A stretch of 64,000 nt of DNA from Octopus vulgaris. Its lineage: Eukaryota. The stretch's first letter is position 1. The number at the start of each line of letters is the position of its first letter. The DNA lies in the NCBI GenBank assembly GCA_951406725.2, contig OX597837.1, positions 3,906,001 through 3,970,000 of the forward strand. The letters are read 5' to 3'. Both the position numbers and the translations under genes were made by a program. Positions 54,051 through 64,000 of the stretch are shown piece by piece. Under the pieces are notes generated by a model. The model saw only the letters and a list, made by a program, of their open reading frames with translations, did not search any database and was not told the DNA's origin.

Positions 54051-54723
54051 CTAGCAGTATCGCCCGGCGTTGCTCGGGTTTGTAAGGGAAATAACTATAT
54101 AAGCATTTTTAGAGAGTTATAGCAAAAAAATTAGCAAAAAAATGCATTAAAAATGGAATAAAAAATGATGGTAATTTTTTTTAATCGTTGACTCATCGTA
54201 GACATTTTTAGAGAGTTACTTCCCTTATATAATAGCGAAAAAAAGCATTAAAATGGAAAAAAATGATGGTAAATCTTTTTTAAAATCGTAGACTCATAGT
54301 AGACGCTTTCTTAGCCATTTCTGTTTTGATGTCTTCAAGCCATGAAGTCGTTGTTCTAAAAGAACGCTGGTCTCCTTGACAATGCTTTACGACGTTGATT
54401 TCCTTACACTCCCTTCCCCCACAGCTTCACGAGGGAGGGAAGAAGGGGGAGAAGCAACACAGGTGCAGGTGTGACCATGGACGCCAACTCCGCCGCCATA
54501 GACACACGAAAAAATATGCGTTAAAATGGAAAAAATGATGTTAAATTATTTTTAAAATCGTAGACTCATCGTAGACGCGCGCTAATACCCAGACGGGCTC
54601 GATATGAATCACGACTATAAGATACCCGAATTTGGTTAAACTGCACCGCAAAATGTGGGAGTAGTTAGGAATCTGAATCGTAGGAGACAGACACTCGCAC
54701 AACTACAGTTTCATATATATAGA
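54051..54723 (-). mobile_element. Non-autonomous Helitron copy 3
   Basis: TC...CTAG termini and 3' hairpin. The paralogous empty site tacaaaa|tatatattgaac at 51247/51248 shows an A|T insertion without TSD. Confidence 0.95.
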
Positions 54724-54858
54724 TATATATTGAACTTTTACAGAAGTTCCTACCGTTAACGGTTATATTTACATGCCGAAATCTACCAGTAAATAATTGT
54801 TGGTTTTTTAAAAACCATTAAACCTATTATTTACTCTTATTATATATATATATATATA

Positions 54859-54918
<60 letters not shown>

Positions 54919-55298
54919 TGTGCGTTTGTGTGAGTGTGTGTCTGTGTATTTATATCTGTGTGTATATGAGCCTACATTGTGCATGCATAAAGTTATATAT
55001 ATATATATCTGTATATAAAGCTGACGTCTGTGTGTGGCAGGTTTGGTAGCCTTCAACTAACAATATCTCCTCCGAGACCCTGCGACGCAAGTTGACCAAA
55101 ATTGAGTGTTTGATAGAAAAAGGATTGTTTTTCCTTCCGTAGAAGAAACAATTCAAATCGGACCATGTTAACACCCAAAATTATTTACATCAAAAAGGTG
55201 CTTTTTTTCTATGAAAATCCCTATTTTTTTACGATATTTTGACTGTGTGTCGCCATTATTCGGTGTATTTCAAAAATAAAAATAAAATACATATGTGC

Positions 55299-55394
<96 letters not shown>

Positions 55395-55397
<3 letters not shown>

Positions 55398-55594
55398 GGT
55401 CCCGGGTTGAGTCGGGGTTAACCACAGTAAATAAGGTACTCAATACATAGCAGAGTAAATAAATTTATTTTATAGAAGGAGCTTCTACAGGACTAGAACT
55501 GTTTCATTCAAAAGAAATCATCAGGAAGCTCCCTGATGATTTCTTTTGAATGAAACAGTTCTAGTCCTGTAGAAGCTCCTTCTATAAAATAAAT
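55395..55594. repeat. Module with a perfect 63-bp-arm palindrome carrying hammerhead-like cores on both strands
   Basis: Arms 55463-55525 / 55532-55594. Contains CTGATGA-tttcttttgaat-GAAAC-agttcta-GTC. Confidence 0.8.
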
Positions 55595-55624
55595 ATATAT
55601 ATGTGTATATATATATATATTATT

Positions 55625-55689
<65 letters not shown>

Positions 55690-55873
55690 ATCCGTAAGTT
55701 GTTTTAGGTCGAGCGAATGAGAAGGATATGCCCAACAATATATATTGTGGAGAATATGTTTTTTTTATTGAAATTGAATCTGTGTATCTTTGCGACACGA
55801 AATTCTATAAGAAGCTATACATGTGTGTCAGTATACATACTTATATGTGTGTATGTATGTATATGTATACACG

Positions 55874-55935
<62 letters not shown>

Positions 55936-56503
55936 TATAAAAATACGCACACGCACATATATATATGTGTGTGTGTGCGTAGCTTTTATGTTTTAGGAAA
56001 GTGTCATTATCGAAAAGCGAGAGAATATTCATTAATCTAAAAAGCGTACAATCTCACGAATCAATCCTATCCGTTCGGAACATGAAGAAGCAGAATATAT
56101 ATTTGAGCTCTCTTTACCATCCCAACACTTGTGAAACCTTTCAAGAAATTTAACGCTGCAGGCTCGGTTGAAGATCTTTCTAAATCTAGAATTTCAAACG
56201 GCTCCTATGAAACAAAACCGTGTAGTACTCTTCATTTTTAACAAGACCAATACATTTCAGTAGGTTAGGTTTTTATTTTCTATGGTACTATTCAAAGATG
56301 TCTAAATCCGTGTGATTTAATAAGTTCTAATTTGTCTTTTCAGAAAGTAATGAACAGCAGTATACAGGCTAATACTAGTAAGTTTGTTTACAAACGTTAT
56401 ATTCATATTAAGTCAATTATACATTTTCAACATTAATTCTGCCATATAATTCTCTACCACAGTTTTACAAGTTTAAAATGTAAAAGTATACAATGAGTGT
56501 ATT

Positions 56504-56690
56504 TTAACCCTTTCATTGCTATATTTTTGTTGAAATACACAGTATTTCGTTTGCATTAATTAAAATTATTGCAAAGAATTTTGTAACGTTATCTAGCCAT
56601 TAATAAACTGGTATTTAGAACATAAATTCATATGAAATTTTGATGGGGCGTTTTAGTATTAGATGACTTTAAAATAGAAGTTTGAGACTC
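56504..56690 (+). mobile_element. Left end of piggyBac-like MITE
   Basis: Begins TTAA-CCCTTT and is homologous to 49258-50160. Confidence 0.55.
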
Positions 56691-58460
56691 GTGAACATGG
56701 CATTGACTCGTTGACTCAAGCGTTGATTCATGAATTAATTCAATAGTTAGTGATACAGGGTCTCTTAGGAGGATAGTTTTAGTAGAGATGAAGCTATTTT
56801 CATTTTAGGTGCCAACAGGTTTAAGTATCGACTGTGAGTTTACGGAGAACCCATGCGAATCACTTGCTCATCGAAGGGAATGAGGGAGGGGAGACGAATC
56901 TCCCGGTTACGGAGGAGGCGTACCATCCCCCAGTCGAGAAGAAAAAAGAGGAAGAGGAGGAGAAACGGGAGATTGCCGGCAGTCGGAGACATGGTGCCGG
57001 AGTGTCCCGGAGCCTCGTTGGTGGGGGTTGTGCCAGCGACGGGGGGGAGGGGCACCATAGTCGGGAATTGTGCCGCCAACGGTAAAATTGACTACCTCGA
57101 ATCCAGAGGACGAAGAATTGGTGTCTTTTTTATAGAGGCGGAGAAGTAGAAATGGTTGTGGAAGAACACTCGCCAAAAGTTAATTCGGTTCTGTTTCGCA
57201 ACGTAGCATCTTTTTGCCTCCTGTTTTTGACAATTCTATAACAAATATCTACACGACTTTCATTAGAAATATTTTGGTAGCTGACTTAAAAAGGAAAAGA
57301 TACAATGGAGCGCTATGGTACAGTGAGATGGTAAAGATAGATATTCTAGTTTCAATGTACAGCAATTCCTTAATACACAGCTTCCAAGACATTTGTAGGG
57401 CAGAGTGGACCTAGAAACACCGAGCTCATTCCCTTGGATTTATTCTTTGGGATTTATTCTTCGTGATCATGTCTAAAGAACTGCAGTCGCAGAAATTGGT
57501 GACCATAAATATGTAGGTTTTACATCGGAGTAATCTTCTCCAATGTAGATTGCCTGAAGGCTTGGAGAACCCCTGCCGAAAGGGTGCCAAGCGGGAAACC
57601 TGACTGTCTGAGGTATTCGACTCATTGATTTTCTATCAAGGATCTCTCCCCTAGCCTTTTCATTTTCCAAGTATTTTGCAAGGTAGCGAACGCTTATGCT
57701 TCGAGCTTCTCTCGTAACATGCTAATTAACCAAGGTGCTACTATTCTTGATAAGAGTAGAACTTCTACAAAAGTGGGTAAAGATGTGGTTCCACGCACCT
57801 CCCAGTCCCGAAATTTCGGAACCTTGTTTCATTACTTTACGTAATTTAAAGTCATATGTCATACCTTGGGCCAAAGGGGTCGATACAATATCCATTAATC
57901 CAGATCGTGAGTATACACGACCAAACACCTGCATCATTTTATCCACGGTTACGCTCAACAACCAGAGGTGTTTCAATCTATTTGAATACTACTTTTGATT
58001 TTAGTTTCTCAGAACTTTTAGAGTGGTGTATTTTCTATTGAAATTATTTTTAAAAGCAAACTCTGTTTAATTTCGACTACATTTTAATCTAAAGTGGCAG
58101 TACCCACTTGAAAAATAATAGAAGAGAAATATAGTTCAATGCCTAAACGAAAAGAAAATTGTGTTGGAATTTCTATCGTTGGTTTTGTTGAAGTATTCAA
58201 ACTGAATAATAGTATTTTAAGAGTTCAGTTAAAGTAGAATCAGGTGTAACTTTTCGTGTTTGCCCCAATCTCATACAACCATGTTTCTTACATAACAATT
58301 AACCAGCGAAGGTATTTCAATATCTTCAGAGCTTTTAAGATTATTTTACGATACCCTTTATCAATTACTTGTTTTCACTCATTGGATTGCGTTCATGATG
58401 GGAACAGCACACTGAAAAGCTTTCTACGCAATCGAACAAAGTGAACCCCAGTACTTAAGT

Positions 58461-58600
<140 letters not shown>

Positions 58601-59703
58601 ATTAGGGTAGAAATTGATATTAATCAATTAAAAGTAGTGGCTTAGCATATTTTAAAAAATCCGAAGATTAAAATATTTTTTTTACATACAAAATTTAGAG
58701 GACTGACCACCAAAAGTGGACAGCCTATATGCTAAACATAGATGTCAAATCGCCATTACTACGAAGAATGTGTTCTGAAGAACACATTCGAAGCGTCTGA
58801 TATTATTTACTGTCACAAAGTTAAATATTTGTTGCCAAGCTTTACGTTCACTCTACAGTAGGTTGTAACATTTCATAAACAATATTAGTATGGTCTGACA
58901 AAACTTTTCGGTTTCATTTGCAACGCAGTCTCTCACTCTCTCCCTCTCCCGCCTCTAATTGTTGTCATTAATAATAATCTACTTAATATATATTCATTGC
59001 AATTTTTTCATTTCAAGTTTTATTTCATTATTTCAGATAAAGAAATCAAGTAATCTATTGACTTAAATTTGCTGTATAAATGCCCTCAGTTTATTGTTTA
59101 TACATACTAAAATAAATTATATTGGGCAACTTATTAAAACTTACTGAAGCTTCGAGCTCATGTGACTTATTTCCTTTCCGTTGTTATCTAAGAATTAGCA
59201 AGTCAATTTGTTGCTATGATTATTTGATACGCTATAGGTATTAAAATATCTCTATGTGATCACTACTACTTTTTGGCACATTAAACATATTTGGACTACC
59301 TTGATGTTTGTTTAAAAAAAGAGAGATTATTACTGCGACAAAATAATGAAAGCATTATTTACTAAGCAAGAATGCACTTAAAAAGGAAAATAAATAGACT
59401 TAAAATATCATAAACATTATTAGAATTCGGAATCAAATGTGGAAATATTATCGAGTGACTAGCAGAAAACCGCACGGAGGGCGTTCTTTCTGTAAATGTA
59501 TATACATATGTTAGTCTTTTACTTGTTTCAGTAATTTGACTGCGGCCTTGTTGGCTCACCTCCTTATTTTTACGCACAAACACACACACACACACACACA
59601 CACGTGTGTGTGTGTACTAGGCGTGCAGATGTTCCAATACCAGGATCTTTTGAATAGTATTACGCTCTCTCTCTTTCTCTCTCTCTCTCTCTACATACAT
59701 ACA

Positions 59704-59735
<32 letters not shown>

Positions 59736-59756
59736 CATACATACATACATATATAC

Positions 59757-59951
59757 ATTTGACTGCTGCATTGTTGAAGAACCGACTTTAGTCGAGGAAA
59801 TCAACCCTAGGATTTATTCTTTGTAAGCTTAGTACTTATGCTATCGGTCTCAAGTTACAGGGACATAAACACACCAGCATCGAAAGTCAAGCGATGATGG
59901 GCGGACGAACACAAACACATAAATACACACACACACATACACATGCATATG

Positions 59952-60011
<60 letters not shown>

Positions 60012-60229
60012 ATCTCTTGAGCACTACCAGCTCAAATATTTTCTCCTCTGTCTTCCCTCCTTGGGATCTTTCCTTCTCCTTGTTTCCGACGAAGAGCTCC
60101 GCTCGAAACGTTAGACCCTCCTTCCCTTCTTTCCTGAGCGTCAATAATACTTTAATTGTTCCACGTCCTGCGTTGCTGTGTTTTTTTCTCATTTTTTCTC
60201 TTTTTTTCTGTGTTTTCTTGTTTGGATTA

Positions 60230-60287
<58 letters not shown>

Positions 60288-60415
60288 CATACATATATAC
60301 GACGGGCTTCTTACAGTTTCCATCTACCAAATCCACTCGCAAAGCTTTGGCCGGTCCGAAGCTATAGTAGAAGACACTTGCCCAAGATGCCACGCCGTGC
60401 GACTGAACCCCGAAC
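59757..60415 (-). mobile_element. SINE family B interrupted by a hammerhead module
   Basis: 3' half at 59757-59930, 5' half at 60298-60415, insert within the internal (TA)n. Confidence 0.85.
60009..60232 (+). mobile_element. Short module with minimal hammerhead (60082-60116)
   Basis: gttt-CCGACGA-a-gagc-tcc-gctc-GAAA-C-GTT-agac with (TA)n on both sides. Homologue at 11952-12180. Confidence 0.75.
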
Positions 60416-60891
60416 TGGAGGGTGATCATAAAAATGCCGCAACAGAATGAAAAAAATTTAGAAAGGAAGGACGATATGTATTTTGATTGCTTGTAAAATT
60501 TATTGTTGCACGTTCAGTAATTGATCGAAAATATACAGTAACAATCTATACACTACTTTAGAGAAAATATACATTGTTTTTATTTATAGGATTCCATTAC
60601 AAATTATATATAAAAAAATATCTACAACGGCTTTAATGCTAAGTTATTTCCCTTCCAGTTACAATAATATATCATAAGATTTGAAAATGTCCCTTTGTGA
60701 CACATTTCATATTTTAGTAGAAGTAGCTGTCTGCTGTCTCATTCATTCTCTTCCTTCTCTCCCATATTCGCACTCCCCTCCCTCTCTCTTTCATTCGTCC
60801 CCCCTTTCTGTCAATCTTACTCCACCACACCCTTTCTTGAACAAACTGAAACATCACGTGTGAACGAACGAGCAAGCAGAATCATAATATA

Positions 60892-61330
60892 TAAAGGGGT
60901 TGGACAAAATAATGGAAATACCTAACATCATAGCATCATAATTTTGAAGTATCAATAAAACCGTCAAAAGCTTGTTTATTTTTATGGTTTTTGATTTATT
61001 ATTAGTGCTGCTTAATACGTTTTGTTAAATTACTATTTGTTTTCAGATATCATCATCAGAAGGTAATTAAAATTCATTAAAATGACAGATCTATCGGACT
61101 TTCAAAGAGGTTAAATTGTTGGTGCTCGTATGGCAGGTGCTAGCGTAACGAAATCAGCCGATATGTTTGGTGTATCAAGAAGTACTGTCTCGAAAGTAAT
61201 GACAGCCTTTAAGAAAGAGGGAAAAACCTCCTCGTCGAAACAAAACTCCGGAAGGAAACAAAAACTTTCAGATAGGGATCGTCGGAATCTTACGCGAATT
61301 GTTAGAAAGGATCACAAAAGTACAGGTTCC
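60892..61330 (+). mobile_element. Tc1-like element 5' fragment
   Basis: TIR-like aggggttggacaaaataatggaaa. Reads MTDLSDFQRG*IVGARMAGASVTKSADMFGVSRSTVSKV..SGRKQKLSDRDRRNL (paired-like HTH). Confidence 0.85.
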
Positions 61331-61512
61331 CAAAGATGAAATGGTGATATTATGAAATCACCTGATACATACCGATCTGGGCTGTGTAGCATATAATAGA
61401 AAATGCATCTATTACGTAAGACATTTTCTCCGTTAAACATTTCAATATGCGTGTATGTGTGTATGCACGTGTCTGCGCGAGGTTGTGTATCTATGTATCA
61501 TTTATCTGTTTT

Positions 61513-61680
61513 TTTTATTACCCACAAGGAGCTAAACATAGAGAGGACAAACAAGGACAGACAAACGGATTAAGTTGATTGCGTAACTAGTACTTCATTT
61601 ATCGACTCCGAAAGGATGAAAGGCAAAGTCGACCTCGGCGGAATTTGAACTCAGAACGTAACGGCAGACGAAATACGGCT
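61513..61680 (-). mobile_element. SINE family A, 5'-truncated
   Basis: cgaaaggatgaaaggcaaagtcgacctcggcggaatttgaactcagaacg. Confidence 0.85.
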
Positions 61681-61984
61681 TTCAGTTATTGGACTACAAC
61701 TATGCTGGGGCACCGCTATGAAGGGTTTTTCTAAGTTCTGCAAAAGAACTCGGAAGGCTGGGCGTCCAACCAGGCCCTTCGCGATACTCTTAAAGTCAGG
61801 AACTTTTCAGCAACCCCTTGTAGATACAACGAGCTTCTTTCAATATATATTAACCATATACACTAACAAGGGGTTGGTCGACCTGGACCACTTGCCACGC
61901 AGTGGGACTGAACTCAGAAGCATGTGGTTAGAAAGGAAGCTTCTTACCACACAACCACCCATGTATGTACGTATGTATTTATAT

Positions 61985-62548
61985 CTGTTACGTCAGGTCA
62001 CTTTCGAGTGCTACTGGTAACATGTAACCCAGTACAACCTGTTGCATGGTCGGGTCGTCGGCGACTAAACCGGCAACCCCTCTAAGCTTGCTTGGTGAGG
62101 AGGGTGTTTTTATTTGCCACACTGCGGGATGAAAGACAAAACCCGTCAAAGAGCGGAGGAACTCTTGAGGGTCAACGGCCATCCAATAAATGTCTTAAGG
62201 ATGTATCATGCGCGGGGACATAGAAATAATCGGACTGAATACCCGATCACGCGTTTAAACCATTGGGAGTGAAGGACACCTAGCCTTTGTTAGGGCATCC
62301 TTCTAGGAGAAGGTAACTCAGGTGACTGGGATAACTCCGACATAAAACCTGCGGCTCAGAGGCTACCGATGATGTTGACTTATTCTTCTTTTCGGATTAT
62401 GACTGCTGTTGCTTAGTGAGTGGGATTGACTCAGTGCACAGCCTTTCCTCACTTAAAAAAAAATCTTCTTGCACAGGCATTGCACGATAACATCATTGAT
62501 TAAGCTTTGTGCAATGGCCATACTCAATAACGAGGGGGCAGCCAACAT
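61985..62548 (+). mobile_element. Probable interspersed repeat resembling an RTE-type 5' UTR / non-autonomous element
   Basis: GC-richer non-coding block between microsatellites, containing gggcatccttctaggagaaggtaactc..aaacctgc. The resemblance was judged from memory only. Confidence 0.35.
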
Positions 62549-63529
62549 GTATGTATATACACACACAGACACACGCACATATTTGTGATACAATTTTATA
62601 AGAATTCCCAGTACACTGGGTCAAAGAGTGTACGTTCTCACTAAGATTTTCAGTTCAAGCTATACGCACTTTTCTGTGAAATGAAATCCAGGCTATAATA
62701 CAATGTTATATCTTTACCAAAGTAATCGCAACAGTACAAAATAATTTTGAAAGCAGATTAGTTTTCGATTCTGTTCCATTGTGAGCTTAATTTAAAGTGT
62801 TTTCCGCCTGCATTCGTTCAATACCGCTTCAATCATTTTTATCACGAACAAGTATATCTAGTTCATCGCAGGCTGTGACTGCTTTTTGGTATAAAGATAG
62901 GAATAAGGGATAACATGTCTCATGATAAAAGACGTGACGAGTGTATATCAAAAAAGATATATTTTCCGGCATTACTTACGTAAAACGTACTTGTTTAACT
63001 TTCAACAATTCTATATTATTAAGAAAAAAACTGTAAATTTTTCATCGTTATGGTAATATAGAATTATTTACAACCGTGTCTCTAATTGTATTTATTCTTC
63101 CGCTATATCTTATCTCACATATATATAAAGAAGTGTGATGAGAGGCTGATCAAATCTTTACAAAAACCGAAAGTAATTCCCTCGATTCCCGCTCTTCTTT
63201 TTTCCGACCGAGGTGAGATTTCTTTAAAGTCGACAAATGCTCAATGCATTTTCATTCACTTTAATCACTTTAGAACAGGTTGGCGAGATGGCTGAATCAT
63301 TAGAGCCTTCTACAAAAAGCTTAGTATTACATAAAAAGTACCGTGCAAATGTTTTCGGCCACTTTAAACCATTGCAAATTTCTACTAATTGCCGACTTAT
63401 AAGTGGATGTTTCGCATTGCGTTTTTTACAGATGAAACATTGGCCGTTAGAGTCATTTCCATACCTAACTATTATATTTTGTTGTGTTGGACCTGAATGA
63501 GAGAGAAAGATGTGAGACGACCCCAAAAA

Positions 63530-64000
63530 CTGGCCGTGCAGAAGTTTTTGGTCATCTCACATAGATCAATCACGGTATAGTGTTTTGAAATAAAAAAAAA
63601 TGTTTATAATGAAAATTTATTAGATAATGTTAATTTCAAGAACTTACTGTACATGGTTAATACTTCGTATTGCTTCCCTTAGCTTGAATAATTGCTTCAG
63701 TGAGCCTGAAAAGAGATGTGTACAAATCCCTCACTATCTTCACAGGTATGAGATGCCATTCTCTGTAGCTGAGCTCTCACAACTCTTCAAGATTGCGTGG
63801 ATCTTTCTAACGTACTTTTCTCTTTAGTTCTGTCGACATTTACTCGATGATATTTAAGTCAGGGCTCTGAGCTGACCAATCTTTCAATACGGTAACACCT
63901 TCATCAGCCAAACTCTGTTGTGTTGCACGCCATCTGTGGCATGGAGCTCCGTCATGCTGAAAAATCTCACCTTCATGCGAAACATCCACTTATAAGTTGG
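63530..64000 (-). mobile_element. Tc1-like transposase 3' part (D35E spacing), runs off window
   Basis: FQHDGAPCH..DWSAQSPDLNIIE*..ELKRKV..PRNLEEL..AIIQAKGSNTKY*. 35 residues between D and E, with stops. Confidence 0.85.

Larger units (their letters stand above)
50704..56450. repeat. Tandem segmental duplication (copy 1 ~50704-53264, copy 2 ~53265-56450)
   Basis: Colinear homology, e.g. 52070-52370 vs 55008-55305 and 52520-53270 vs 55680-56450. catataat occurs at all three junctions. Confidence 0.92.

Noticed and set aside
58758-58800. Hairpin gaatgtgttc/gaacacattc flanked by cgaaga and gaagcgtc
   Set aside because: Possibly a decayed hammerhead, but both core boxes are broken.

Overview
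AT-rich eukaryotic non-coding DNA that is saturated with repeats. The SINE and microsatellite repertoire suggests an octopod cephalopod (inference). No host protein-coding gene can be supported, and almost all ORF-track entries are translations of (TA)n/(TATC)n/(CA)n/(TATG)n or trinucleotide microsatellites. Recognisable content: (1) a young 5'-truncated R4/Dong-type RLE retrotransposon plus an older second copy, both in (TAA)n; (2) a near full-length decayed CR1/L2-group LINE whose ORF1 has Myb/SANT-like and CCCH motifs; (3) RTE and HERO 3' fragments; (4) Penelope-like GIY-YIG remnants; (5) Tc1/mariner relics (DD34D-type, DD41D, DD35E); (6) three non-autonomous Helitrons; (7) hAT- and piggyBac-like MITEs; (8) three or four tRNA-SINE families; (9) a ~2.6-3.2 kb tandem duplication that supplies empty/filled insertion sites. 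The most notable signal is about a dozen type-I hammerhead-ribozyme-like motifs (CUGANGA..GAAAC-short, often palindromic, stem III-GUH). They are carried by short, mostly unrelated non-coding modules lodged in microsatellites, mostly (TA)n, and are linked to Penelope pseudo-LTRs and fold-back palindromes. All calls were made by eye, and family names and boundaries need database confirmation.
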